Positions 45,201-55,002 of a stretch of 64,000 nt of DNA are shown here, piece after piece. The stretch lies in IMG/VR virus record IMGVR_UViG_3300020049_016248; one strand, given 5' to 3'. The stretch comes from a virus. Taxonomy: Duplodnaviria > Heunggongvirae > Uroviricota > Caudoviricetes. Below the pieces are notes generated by a model. It was not told where the DNA came from, made no database searches, and saw nothing but the letters and a program-made list of their open reading frames with translations. Both the position numbers and the translations under genes were made by a program. Every line of letters begins with the position of its first letter. Position 1 is the stretch's first letter.

Positions 45201-47445
45201 AGCAACATCTTATGTGGACAATTCACAATTATCTATGAGTAATGATGTTAATCCTGGATTAACTAATTATAATCAATTTATTATAGCAAGATTAGAAGGG
45301 AAAGATTTAGTTGTAAGAGCTTATTTGAGATCTGAAACAAGTACAATCCACCCTTTAGCTACAAATTACATTGCTAAGTTAAATGATGTGTTTTCTGCTG
45401 ATGGTTTGAATCATACTTTACGTTTAGTTTATAGACCTGAGGGGATAGAAGTTTATCAAGACTATAAATATATTAGTTTAATGCTTTGGAGAGATGTCTC
45501 TACACATCCAAGTGGAGTGTATACATCTTTAAATTGCCCTCATAGTGAAATTGAAAATTGTACAGTTACAAATATTGATCATTTATTTGCTTACCCAGAC
45601 AATGACCCTACAAGTGGTGTTAGTAATGTTTCTGGTGAAGGAAATTTAACGATTACAAATGTAAACGGAACAATTAACAATATCGTAGTTTACGTTGGTG
45701 GTTTCCCTCAAAATGCCCCATTTAACTTTATCGGAACAGATGTTGCATTATTAGCAGCTGATATTGAAACAGCAATAAATAGTTTTTCAACAGATTTTAC
45801 TGCTAGTGTTATACCTGGTGATAATAAAGTTACAATAACTCAAAATACCCCAGATGTATTAGGAAATGGGCAAGTTATTACAATGAGTTTTGACAATAGT
45901 TCTGGTAATGATATAGATTTTATTTCTTATAATATAGAAGGAGCAGTTGATAACAACTCAGGAACAAACCCTTTTATAGATAAACCAAGATGGTGGGATT
46001 TATTAATAGGTTTACCTGTAAATATTGATATGTATTTCAAGAAAGTAGCTGTTTTCGAAGCACCTTCTATTGATCACCCAGACTCTCTAGATTTTGGTGT
46101 TGATGTTTCAGGGTTTGATTCTGAAAAATTTTCTTTCAATTTTGCAAATCAAATTACAGATACAAATAATGTATATTTGTCTGATAGAATTTCTGTACAA
46201 TGTCAGTTTAGAGCTCAGTTCCCTTACCCTGCAGGAGCTACAAGTAATACATCTAGGTTAGATTTATTCTTTTCAGCTTATCCAACAGACTTAGTTTCAG
46301 ATATAACATTAGTTAATCAGACTTACAAGGGAGGAAAAGTTTTATTTACAGAAGATATTCAAAACTTTTTTGTTCTACCTAATAATGAAACTGTAACAAT
46401 TGATAGTTTATTTACTTGGAACGGATGGTCTCCATCTATTCATCAAGATTATAATTACGACAATTATAATAAAGTGTATGAAAACTATCAATTATTTTCT
46501 GAGCAAGTATTAACATATTTATCTCTTTTACCATTCATTGAATTGATAGAAAGTAAATTTAAAGTTTTAGTATCTCAATTTATACCTATTGTGATAAACA
46601 TTTCACAAACAGGAAGATTAATTAGAGCATTAGAGAGAAATAAAGTTAGATATACAAATGTTCATAAAATTTGTGAAGGTACACAGATTGAAAGCCCTGC
46701 AATAGGAACTTTAAGAATAACTAACGGAACAAATAATAATTTTTCTTCGACAAATAATAATATAACTGTTTCCTTAGTTTTAAGAAGTTCTATTTTAAGT
46801 GCAAGTAATACTCCTATTATCACAATTCAAACAACAGAGACTCATAATTTAACTACTGGAAACACAGTTATAATACAAAATGTGTTAGGTAATACAGCAG
46901 CTAATGGAACGTGGGTTATTACAGTTACAGGTTTAGATACATTTACAATCCCAATTGCAGGAAACGGTACTCATATCCCTGAAACAGGTGATACAGAATA
47001 TGAAATTTTAACATCTAATACTATTGATTGGAATTTTACAAACTCTTACACTGCTTCACAATTAGCTGCAGATATCAACAGTGCTTATTCCCCATTAATC
47101 ACTTGTAACTCAGGTGATAATGATTTAGTTTTACAAGGGGATTACATATTATTTGAATCAACTTATGGTTATGATATTAATAAGACAGAATTGAAAGTAA
47201 TTGTTAATGGGAATGTTAGAGTAGATAGTGTAAGTGGATTTAGTGGTGGTGTTCCAGGTATATCTGGAACAGGAACATGTTTTACAGTACAATTTGTACC
47301 AGTTTTAGGTGAAAATCTTCCTGTAGGTGACATAGACCAATTAATTTATTATAGTTCTGAACAAGGTCCAGAATCTTATATTTATTATCAGTCAGAGATG
47401 TTAGACCCAATTTATATTTATTATGATATCGAAGAAACAATATAA
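42283..47445 (+). CDS. giant (1720 aa) tail fibre / baseplate-like structural protein with three copies of a GNTAANGEW module
   Basis: The repeat I..V.GNTAANGEW.I is encoded around nt 42990, 43380 and 46880. S/T/N-rich beta composition. Confidence 0.55.
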   Translation: MAEDNNLIPLNPAGNDAIKGNIFFGNNLTPGGTFSNIPQTVTSPLATQEQQAKITLTLAQIQEELRRNAQEQEGTTEDVLSDQAINVFLQNYVKLLIDYSDLRNFVFFGSAYTELVYHVNFLIKNYPYLGYFAKNVGSTAVDPLNTIQLTSLPGNETQVTFQYPNLLQKGQYVYDNSGETIWTDYELVDVNENRFPITQVDFTQPTLSIVNATNTSPIVIQTSQAHGLSAGEKITIQNVLGNTAANGEWKILISPISASPTALTIGVEYRVLSSSIVHNSITYYKGQVFTAVNTTFSTGNVALANEFALQNSHGDVTLTNGVYTPASGEVVLPYIAISDASATSPITITTITPHNLNNGDIVKIEGVLGNTAANGEWTINSLAPNTFELVNSTYNGTYLGSGLFINKLISYTVEGNITVNNLIEYIPTTGVLFRGLFVSPKLQVINDFYVNLESIQKELLKPTNITPWPRDIITNNILFEGAEFEAWVNNPSTMVSDYQAEDLGVISTDFSESLNLTGAITLDETKTNQLIRRAIPHRVVDELRDTDDKLFSRFVLLAGKMFDLIKVYIDFLKYTKSLNYTPFNQLSPDFYKLYAEHYGFDLFDDDTVSLAQAIIITEPGLAYDQQNNATFSDQNTAQTKQDLQYEKQKRLLLNLFYLYQTKGTIVCIEKLVNLLGSPEGLVLLKEYSFNNTTGAKIVDNDKIKVPKIEYEIDPDYLIDSTNINNPVNLPYVYRLKLDNESIVNLREFEMYTDPQSAIQTQVINYGQTTYPYGNFKTGAFANLQNINSSTGEYALLPLTFPDKYCGITVEYMIPRSGYIKGVGQGFDETSIHLASLYEVDDIVYNGNEPVFIPTSTQFAPLTPVPFEDNLQSDIVPLSLRAKTSFILQNLGPNTDLLEVYVNTIPIGGILWQSDLKQTALALVNAINFSQTAVDFVALYQENYDSTFTITIETRYNNDTLNGSLVEVMSNATLATSYVDNSQLSMSNDVNPGLTNYNQFIIARLEGKDLVVRAYLRSETSTIHPLATNYIAKLNDVFSADGLNHTLRLVYRPEGIEVYQDYKYISLMLWRDVSTHPSGVYTSLNCPHSEIENCTVTNIDHLFAYPDNDPTSGVSNVSGEGNLTITNVNGTINNIVVYVGGFPQNAPFNFIGTDVALLAADIETAINSFSTDFTASVIPGDNKVTITQNTPDVLGNGQVITMSFDNSSGNDIDFISYNIEGAVDNNSGTNPFIDKPRWWDLLIGLPVNIDMYFKKVAVFEAPSIDHPDSLDFGVDVSGFDSEKFSFNFANQITDTNNVYLSDRISVQCQFRAQFPYPAGATSNTSRLDLFFSAYPTDLVSDITLVNQTYKGGKVLFTEDIQNFFVLPNNETVTIDSLFTWNGWSPSIHQDYNYDNYNKVYENYQLFSEQVLTYLSLLPFIELIESKFKVLVSQFIPIVINISQTGRLIRALERNKVRYTNVHKICEGTQIESPAIGTLRITNGTNNNFSSTNNNITVSLVLRSSILSASNTPIITIQTTETHNLTTGNTVIIQNVLGNTAANGTWVITVTGLDTFTIPIAGNGTHIPETGDTEYEILTSNTIDWNFTNSYTASQLAADINSAYSPLITCNSGDNDLVLQGDYILFESTYGYDINKTELKVIVNGNVRVDSVSGFSGGVPGISGTGTCFTVQFVPVLGENLPVGDIDQLIYYSSEQGPESYIYYQSEMLDPIYIYYDIEETI

Positions 47446-47451
47446 AATCAA

Positions 47452-48438
47452 ATGAAAAAATTAAATTTAGCAACAGGTGGGCATCCTTTAAGACTTGATG
47501 ATATAGTTCATCTACAAGATGGTGTTATTGATGCTTTGAAAGGTGTTGTAGACGGTTTAGGTGCAAATAATCAAAACCTAATTTTACAAGGTTGCGTAAC
47601 TTCAGGTATATTTCCTGTATCTCTTTCAGCAGGTTACATTTATTATAGTGGTGAAGTTTACCCTGTAGATGCTCAAACTTTACCTGCGTTAGCTATAGGT
47701 CAAGTTTATTATTTCCAAGTAGAAGAGGTTGTAGTTTCACCCTCACCAGTATCTTATCAAAATTCTACACCGCAAAATGTGCATGTTAGAAGAAGAATGA
47801 AAGTAGTTGCAGCATCTAGTGCTCCAGTAAATTCATTCTTAATGAGTAGTGCAGTTAGATTAAATCAAGTATTAGGTTTAACTCCACAACGAGGAATTAT
47901 TATGTATTCAGGACCGGTTACAAACTTTGAATCAACAGGTAAAGGTAAAAGTGGAACGCAACTTGATGGTTGGGCACTTTGTAACGGTGGAACATTTAGT
48001 GTTCCAGGAGGAGGTTCTTTAACAACACCAGACTTGAGAGGTAAGTTTCTTGTTGGTTATGATAATAGAGCTTCTGACCCTTCAAATAGCATTTGGGATG
48101 CAACATATAACACTGTAGATGGTAGTAATATACCTAATGGAACAGGTGGTGAAAAAGAACATATTTTAACAAAAGATGAATTACCACCACATGAGCACGG
48201 TTTATCACCTGACTGGATTGCAGTAGCAGGTATGTATCCAAGTGGTTCAGGTTCACCTCAAGGAAGACCATCAATTGCTTCAGGAACTGATGCAAGTGTT
48301 ACTGTAGGAGGTTTTAGTGAATACCCTTTATCAAGCACTCACTTGTCTGAAGATGGTACTATTGACGGTTTAGTTTCTAATCCGCATGAAAATAGACCAC
48401 CGTACTTTACAGTGTGTTTCATTATGAAATTAATATAA
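47452..48438 (+). CDS. tail fibre protein with phage tail-collar domain
   Basis: DGWALCNGGTFSVPGGGSLTTPDLRGKFLVGYD matches the tail-collar motif (W..C.G........P.LRG.F). Confidence 0.6.
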   Translation: MKKLNLATGGHPLRLDDIVHLQDGVIDALKGVVDGLGANNQNLILQGCVTSGIFPVSLSAGYIYYSGEVYPVDAQTLPALAIGQVYYFQVEEVVVSPSPVSYQNSTPQNVHVRRRMKVVAASSAPVNSFLMSSAVRLNQVLGLTPQRGIIMYSGPVTNFESTGKGKSGTQLDGWALCNGGTFSVPGGGSLTTPDLRGKFLVGYDNRASDPSNSIWDATYNTVDGSNIPNGTGGEKEHILTKDELPPHEHGLSPDWIAVAGMYPSGSGSPQGRPSIASGTDASVTVGGFSEYPLSSTHLSEDGTIDGLVSNPHENRPPYFTVCFIMKLI

Positions 48439-48441
48439 TAA

Positions 48442-49110
48442 ATGGCAACTACTTTTAATAATATACAACTTGCGCTAGATGTAAAAGCACAAGATCGATT
48501 AAGAAAATGGTTTGCAGACAGAGGTTCAGCTGCAAATTTAATAATAACTTCAGTAGGGTTAGGTGATAGTGATGTTGATTATGAATTATCACAACAATAT
48601 ACTCGTATAAAAGTATTAAATGCACCTTATAATGTTGGGAAAATAAAACATCACTTAATTTACGAAGGACCTATTGAAAACATTACAGGTGATATTACTA
48701 TGTTTTTAAGAAGAGTAAATGATTCTGGGGTTGTAGAAAGTTTATACAATTATCCTCCAGATAATATTAATTTTGCTGCTGGTATTGCTCCACCTACATT
48801 AAATACTGGTTATGATTTTAGTACGATAAACTTTAACACGTTAAATTCAAATAAAGAAGGTTTTATAGTTTATTTTCAAACTTTACCTACTGGTTATTTA
48901 GATAGTAGTAATGTGCAACAAAGATTATCAGAACAATACGATTTTACATTTTTAAACTTTCCAGGAAGTTGGGAGATTATATTAGATCAAGAAAATAGTT
49001 CTTTTTTAATTGCAAAACCTGCAGCTTATGTATTTACAGGGAACACAGCATTAATTAAATTAAAAGGACAAACTTCAAGTATACAAAGAACTATAGGAGT
49101 AAATATATAA
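48442..49110 (+). CDS. putative structural protein
   Basis: 222 aa. Confidence 0.45.
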   Translation: MATTFNNIQLALDVKAQDRLRKWFADRGSAANLIITSVGLGDSDVDYELSQQYTRIKVLNAPYNVGKIKHHLIYEGPIENITGDITMFLRRVNDSGVVESLYNYPPDNINFAAGIAPPTLNTGYDFSTINFNTLNSNKEGFIVYFQTLPTGYLDSSNVQQRLSEQYDFTFLNFPGSWEIILDQENSSFLIAKPAAYVFTGNTALIKLKGQTSSIQRTIGVNI

Positions 49111-50405
49111 TGGCATGGAATACGTTAACAACAACAAATCAAGCTCTACAAAAAGATTATCTTTATGATTTTTCTAGTGGTAATTTTGTTTTACCGTTTA
49201 GTTTAAATTTATTTGACGGAATTGAAACTATAGGTTTCGGAACTAGTGGGATACATACTTTTGATTCTTGGAGACCTTCAACAGCTGGAACTTCTAGCCC
49301 TGGTTTAGTACAAAGTCCTGGTATGGGTTACTCTGTATTAATGAGAGCTTCAGGTAATCTAACTACTAATACTGATATTGATGGTTTAACCAAAAATATT
49401 ACAGTTTCTGGGGAATGGATGACTAGAACTCACGTTTTAGCAGCAGGTGGATATGGTACTTATGGTGGTACTTTAGAAGGTCCATATGAATTAACTTATA
49501 ACAGTGAAGGTTCCAAAACAGTTGATTTAAACTTATATACTCTTTATAATAACACTTGGCAACCTCCTTATACTACACCTCCAAGTCCACCGTTACCTTC
49601 AATCGTAAGACAGGCAATTAAAAGTTTTACTTTCAATGTTTTTCAACAAGCAGTTGCAGTTACTAAAATTAATAACTCTGCAGGAGCTACTTTAGCTGAC
49701 GGTACAACTTTGAATGACATGGAATACGGTGACACTTTAACTCTAAATAAATCAAATAATAGAGGTAGTAGTGTTTCATCTCAATGGACTATCTATAAAC
49801 AAGATTCTAATGGTATATATCAAATTGCAAGTAGTGGGGTTGATTATACTTTATTAAGTGGAACTTTAACTTCTGATACAATTCAAGTACGTTGGGAAAC
49901 AGATGGTTATTTTAAAATTGTCAACAGAGCAGAAGGTCAATCTAGTGTAAGTTCAGGGGTTAATTATGATGAGTCTAATTTAATTATACCAGTAGGTATT
50001 TCTGTAGTAGAAACTATTACTTTACCTTTAGTAGAAACTAACATTACACCACAAGTAGTATATACAAACACTATAGTAAGTACAGACCCATTAGTTGGTG
50101 TAGATACTTTTACAATAGATGTTAGTGCTACTGTAGATACGAGTCAAGCAGAATGGAGTCAAACAATAAACAGTACTACTACAATTATTCCTATGACACA
50201 ATCAACATGGACTAGTGAATTATTAGCTAGATGTAATATTAAGTGTCAAGTTAAAAGTGGTAATACAATAGTACAACAAGCTAACGGTTTAGGTCCACAT
50301 CAATTTACTTTAAATGCTGGAGAATATAATGTCGGTTATTTAATAACTCCTAAATCAGGTTATTTAGTGTTTACAAATTTAGTAACAGTAGGAGCAATTC
50401 GTTAA
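49110..50405 (+). CDS. putative structural protein (S/T-rich)
   Basis: 431 aa. Confidence 0.45.
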   Translation: MAWNTLTTTNQALQKDYLYDFSSGNFVLPFSLNLFDGIETIGFGTSGIHTFDSWRPSTAGTSSPGLVQSPGMGYSVLMRASGNLTTNTDIDGLTKNITVSGEWMTRTHVLAAGGYGTYGGTLEGPYELTYNSEGSKTVDLNLYTLYNNTWQPPYTTPPSPPLPSIVRQAIKSFTFNVFQQAVAVTKINNSAGATLADGTTLNDMEYGDTLTLNKSNNRGSSVSSQWTIYKQDSNGIYQIASSGVDYTLLSGTLTSDTIQVRWETDGYFKIVNRAEGQSSVSSGVNYDESNLIIPVGISVVETITLPLVETNITPQVVYTNTIVSTDPLVGVDTFTIDVSATVDTSQAEWSQTINSTTTIIPMTQSTWTSELLARCNIKCQVKSGNTIVQQANGLGPHQFTLNAGEYNVGYLITPKSGYLVFTNLVTVGAIR

Positions 50406-50415
50406 AAAAAAATAA

Positions 50416-53058
50416 ATGTCAACTACAATAAACAATACAACTCAAAGCAATTTTTTACCAGTTACAGTAAATCCAATTCCTGTAGCTACACCAGAAGATT
50501 TAATATATACTTTAGGTGGAACAGCAGATACAATTAACGGAATACCAGGAACAATTTTTCCAAGTATAGTTTTAGATCAAACGACACCTGGAGCTTGGTA
50601 TCATGGTGGTAATCCATTAATTGCTACAGACGCTATTAAAATTCATGGTGTTAATATTGCTTCTATTTCCAATTCAGAAGTTGAAGTAGTATCTGACTAT
50701 GTTCAAAAAGGTATTTTCGAATTGAGAAAAGATTTACCTTCAACAATTACTAGTGCAATTTCTTCTGGAACACGTACTATTATAACTGTTGCAGGTTCTT
50801 TAACTTTACCTATAAGTAGTTATGTAGAAATAGTTAACGTTACTAATCTACCTGATGGGTATTATAAAATTGTAGCTATTTCAGGTCCGATAACTGGATA
50901 TAGTAGTTTTGAAATTGAATTTGATTCTAGTTTATTAAGTTTAACAGTTTTATCTACAGCAACAGTTACAAGTCATCAATATTACTGGGATGAGGTTTAT
51001 ACAACTCCATTAGGTTTATATGCAGCAAGAGATACATCTATGGGTAACCCTAATTTTTATGAATTTATCGTTACAGGAAACAATTCTGAGTTTTTAAGTG
51101 TTTATATTGATGATCCAAACATTATACCTAAAACTGGTGATTCTTTGGTAATACAAAGGTTCTTTCAGACTGTAAATAGTTTTACCAATACATCTACTAC
51201 AGATGGGATAAACAATGTACCTGCTTACTCTGAAAGTGAAACTTATACGTTTACTATTCAAAATGTAACATCAACAGCATTTCCTGCTGCTACACCAGTT
51301 CCATATACTGAGTATCAATTAACATTAGATAAAAGTTTTGCTCCAATTATTTCTGGCCCAGGTATGTTGACAGAAAAATATATGTTAGTTTTACTAAACA
51401 GAGCAGGAACATCACCTAATAAAGAATTGATTACAGATACTTGGACTATGACAGAAGTTCATAGAGAACAATTATTAGGTGACCCTTATACTTATAGTGG
51501 TGTTACTTTACCTTCAGGTAGAAAAAATTACTTAAATTATAGTGGAGCTGAAAGATTAGGTTTTAAACAGTTATTATCAGGTATTATATCTGATAGCGAT
51601 ACCCCTTTTATTGTATTGCATTATGATGATAATGTAAAAGATAGAATTTATAAAGGAGTTGGTGATGTAGAAGTTCACTTCCCAACAGTTATGATTCAAG
51701 ATGAAAAAGGACCAGTTGTATTATCAAATAGAAATGCATTAAATTTAATTAATTCAACCTTTACAGACTCTAACGGTATTGGTGATTATAGTGCTTTATA
51801 TATGAAATACTCATCAAATGCAACACCAGTGAGATACGGTTGGGTTTTTTATGATTTACGTATTATTGTAATCGATCATGCAGAATTAGCTTTTGCATTG
51901 AGTTATAATAGTAATAGAAACTATACATTACCACAACCTGTAGTAGCGACTGCTAATACTCAAGTTCACCCTACATTATCTAATCCGTTAACTATTACAG
52001 CTGTTAGTGGAAACACTACACCTTTACCTATTACAATTACTTCTACTGGTAATCATAATTTTAAAAACGGGGATGAAGTATTCATTGAAGGTGTATTAGG
52101 TAACACTGCTGCAAATACTGTAAGTAGTATTCCTTATTATGTTCAAGTTGTAGATGCAATTAGTTTTAAAATTTATCAAGACAGTTTATTAACAACACCT
52201 ATTATGAGTAACGGTATTTATACTGGTGGTGGTCTTTTATATGGTACAAGATTAGCTTATGAATATTTTATTACTTATAGATTAAGAGGTAGTCATTATA
52301 AAACTGCTCCATATGCACAAGTAATTCCTTTCAATTTTGAAATAGGAGGTTTAGTAAGTACAGATCCATTATCAAATGTAAGTGTTAGTTTTAATCCATT
52401 AACTCATTTAGTAGATTATGACAGTACTACTAACACTTCTGGTATCCAAGAAGGTTTTGAAGCAAACGATTATGAAGTTATTATCGGGAAATACAAACAA
52501 AGTTTAGTTAACTTAGAAGAAAGTGATGGTATAGAAGATGTTGTTTTAATACAACCTGTAGAGTCTTTAAAAAATCTATTATTACCACCTTATACTTTAA
52601 ATGCTCAAAATACATCTCATAGTGTATCTTATACGAAAACATTATATGATGCTACAGTAGCTAGTATACCTGGACCACCTGATCAAAGTTATGATTTATT
52701 AAATAATTCAGATGAATATATTTACAACTTATCTAGTTCATTACCAGAAACATTATTTACTGCTGAGAACATTTGGAATATTGGATTAATTAAATATAAA
52801 CAATCTGTAACTCAATATAAATTAACTTTTGAAGTAATAGTTCCTGCAGATAAATGGAATAGTACACAAAATCCTTCTTATGAAACAGGAAATTTATTAA
52901 TGACAAGTAAATTTATTTCAGAGATTGAATTTTTGATTGAAGATGCAAACAATTTAGGTGATGTAATAGATTCACCTTATGTATATGCAAAAATATCACC
53001 AGTTTTAAGAAAAACTAACGATAGTAATATTGTATTGAGAATAGAATTAGATTTTTAA
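50416..53058 (+). CDS. large (880 aa) fibre-like structural protein carrying one GNTAAN module
   Basis: FIEGVLGNTAANTVSSIPYYV around nt 52090 is homologous to the repeats in the 1720-aa protein. Confidence 0.5.
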   Translation: MSTTINNTTQSNFLPVTVNPIPVATPEDLIYTLGGTADTINGIPGTIFPSIVLDQTTPGAWYHGGNPLIATDAIKIHGVNIASISNSEVEVVSDYVQKGIFELRKDLPSTITSAISSGTRTIITVAGSLTLPISSYVEIVNVTNLPDGYYKIVAISGPITGYSSFEIEFDSSLLSLTVLSTATVTSHQYYWDEVYTTPLGLYAARDTSMGNPNFYEFIVTGNNSEFLSVYIDDPNIIPKTGDSLVIQRFFQTVNSFTNTSTTDGINNVPAYSESETYTFTIQNVTSTAFPAATPVPYTEYQLTLDKSFAPIISGPGMLTEKYMLVLLNRAGTSPNKELITDTWTMTEVHREQLLGDPYTYSGVTLPSGRKNYLNYSGAERLGFKQLLSGIISDSDTPFIVLHYDDNVKDRIYKGVGDVEVHFPTVMIQDEKGPVVLSNRNALNLINSTFTDSNGIGDYSALYMKYSSNATPVRYGWVFYDLRIIVIDHAELAFALSYNSNRNYTLPQPVVATANTQVHPTLSNPLTITAVSGNTTPLPITITSTGNHNFKNGDEVFIEGVLGNTAANTVSSIPYYVQVVDAISFKIYQDSLLTTPIMSNGIYTGGGLLYGTRLAYEYFITYRLRGSHYKTAPYAQVIPFNFEIGGLVSTDPLSNVSVSFNPLTHLVDYDSTTNTSGIQEGFEANDYEVIIGKYKQSLVNLEESDGIEDVVLIQPVESLKNLLLPPYTLNAQNTSHSVSYTKTLYDATVASIPGPPDQSYDLLNNSDEYIYNLSSSLPETLFTAENIWNIGLIKYKQSVTQYKLTFEVIVPADKWNSTQNPSYETGNLLMTSKFISEIEFLIEDANNLGDVIDSPYVYAKISPVLRKTNDSNIVLRIELDF

Positions 53059-53363
53059 TGACTAAAGAAGAAACAATTCAACTTTTACAAGAAAACGGGT
53101 ATGTATTACATCCCGTTTTCAACATTTATATTATACCTAGTAATGCTTTAAGTATATATTTTAAATTTAACAATGATAATGAAGTAATCGTAGGGAAATT
53201 AAAATGGAATCAAGTATCTTTAAAAGATTATAAAACTATAAAGTTAGCATACTTCAACCCACATCATTACAATCTAAAGACTCAGTTAGATCGAAAGATT
53301 GAGCAAGAAGCAAAAATTAAGAAAGCGAAAATGAGAGAAGCAATGCTTCAGAAAAAATATTAA
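53058..53363 (+). CDS. hypothetical protein
   Basis: 101 aa, ATGA overlap. Confidence 0.4.
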   Translation: MTKEETIQLLQENGYVLHPVFNIYIIPSNALSIYFKFNNDNEVIVGKLKWNQVSLKDYKTIKLAYFNPHHYNLKTQLDRKIEQEAKIKKAKMREAMLQKKY

Positions 53364-53366
53364 AAA

Positions 53367-53708
53367 TTACTTTTTATATTTTTTTACTTTTTTCAATAAG
53401 TCCTTTTCTGACTTAGCAAAAATTCGAACATTATTATTATCGTCTTTATACCCTATATACTCACCGTGAGTAGTATATGAAACATTTCCTTGAAACATAG
53501 GAGAGACCATATAAAAGGATTTAGGTAATTTACCATCTGTTGTTTGAGAAGATTCAGACGGTTCTTTTTTCTTTTCACCATCCCAATTTTCATTCAAAGC
53601 TCCAATTTTATCTAAAGTTAAAATTATTTCATACAAATCACTGTCTGCTATGTTTGAAATAGATTCTTTAATTTTTTCTTTTAAAATTAATTTATTTACA
53701 GGGTTCAT
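53367..53708 (-). CDS. hypothetical protein (lone minus-strand gene)
   Basis: 113-aa ORF in an otherwise gene-free gap. Confidence 0.4.
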   Translation of the reverse strand: MNPVNKLILKEKIKESISNIADSDLYEIILTLDKIGALNENWDGEKKKEPSESSQTTDGKLPKSFYMVSPMFQGNVSYTTHGEYIGYKDDNNNVRIFAKSEKDLLKKVKKYKK

Positions 53709-53751
53709 TCTTTTTTTTTAATAAATTTAAGAGTATTTATAGTAAAACACA

Positions 53752-54117
53752 ATGCCATTTCCAAAAAAAGATAAAATACGTAAAATGTGCGGTAATTGTT
53801 TCCAAGATTACTGGGTGAGACCTTGGAAAGCAAAAAGAGGTACAAAGTTTTGTTCTAAGAAGTGTAAGAGTGAGTTTCACAGTAAAGGTAGAAAACATTG
53901 GTATCGACAACAACAGTTGTGGAAGAAGTGTGAAAACCCTTTCTGTAAATCAGGTACATGGACTTTAAAATGGGAAAGAGATAGAGGGATGTATAAGTAT
54001 TGCTCTAGAACTTGTGTATTATATTGTAAATCACATCAGTTTAAATTAGACTTTAAACAATTACAGGAAAAGAAACAAGATGATATGAGAAGAAATATCT
54101 GGAGATTAAACTTTTAA
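53752..54117 (+). CDS. Cys-rich zinc-ribbon protein
   Basis: Four CxxC pairs (CGNCF, CSKKC, CENPFC, CSRTC). Confidence 0.45.
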   Translation: MPFPKKDKIRKMCGNCFQDYWVRPWKAKRGTKFCSKKCKSEFHSKGRKHWYRQQQLWKKCENPFCKSGTWTLKWERDRGMYKYCSRTCVLYCKSHQFKLDFKQLQEKKQDDMRRNIWRLNF

Positions 54118-54119
54118 CA

Positions 54120-54578
54120 ATGAAGAAAAATATAGTTAAAGAACCACAACGTTTTATTACAGCAGACTTACAAGAAGGGGAACAAGCTGTAATCTATTGT
54201 TTAAACCCTAAACAAAGATTTGTTAACATGAAATTTCAATATGATGAAAAGCATAACTATTACAAACCTATAATATCTGCAGATAATGCAGTTGAAGTTG
54301 AGTTGAATGAAAAGTACAAAGAACAACTCGTAGAATTACAAGCTAAAATTATTATATTAGAGAACTTACACACAACTTATAATTACCTCTTTACTATCAT
54401 TAATCATGAGTTTTACTTGGTATCTGTCTCTTTACATAATATGTCTCTAGGTTATGATATCACCTTGGAGATTGCAGATCAATTGAATATAAAAACTCTA
54501 ACCCCTGTATGGAAAGGTACATACACGAGTTTTGTAGTAAATGCTTTCACAGAAGACATTTTTATACAAAGAAAATAA
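54120..54578 (+). CDS. hypothetical protein
   Basis: 152 aa. Confidence 0.45.
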   Translation: MKKNIVKEPQRFITADLQEGEQAVIYCLNPKQRFVNMKFQYDEKHNYYKPIISADNAVEVELNEKYKEQLVELQAKIIILENLHTTYNYLFTIINHEFYLVSVSLHNMSLGYDITLEIADQLNIKTLTPVWKGTYTSFVVNAFTEDIFIQRK

Positions 54579-54692
54579 AAAAACATTGAAAAAACTTAAA
54601 AAAATAACTATTTATAGTTGAAGTGTTGATAGATTATGCTCACTTTTACTTTGTATTAAAAATAACTTTATAAACTTTTTATTTATCTTTTT

Positions 54693-54953
54693 ATGACTCT
54701 TTTAAACTTTTCTCTCGAAGAACAAATTTCTAGCTTAACTCTTCAATTAAGTGATTTAAAATCACGAGCACGCGTTGTAAATTACAAAAACGCTCTTCCC
54801 AAATTACCTAAAGTTCCAAACTCTGCAACTTTAATAGGTTTCAAAAAAAGATTATCTAACTGGAAAAAAGGATTACTTTCTTTAGAAAGTGAACGTCTTC
54901 ATCAATCTATCAAAAATGACCCAAACTTGTTACAAAATTACGTAACTCGTTAA
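54693..54953 (+). CDS. hypothetical protein
   Basis: 86 aa. Confidence 0.4.
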   Translation: MTLLNFSLEEQISSLTLQLSDLKSRARVVNYKNALPKLPKVPNSATLIGFKKRLSNWKKGLLSLESERLHQSIKNDPNLLQNYVTR

Positions 54954-55002
54954 TCATTATATTTCACAATTCTTTATTTATTAATTTTTAATTTTTATTT
55001 CA

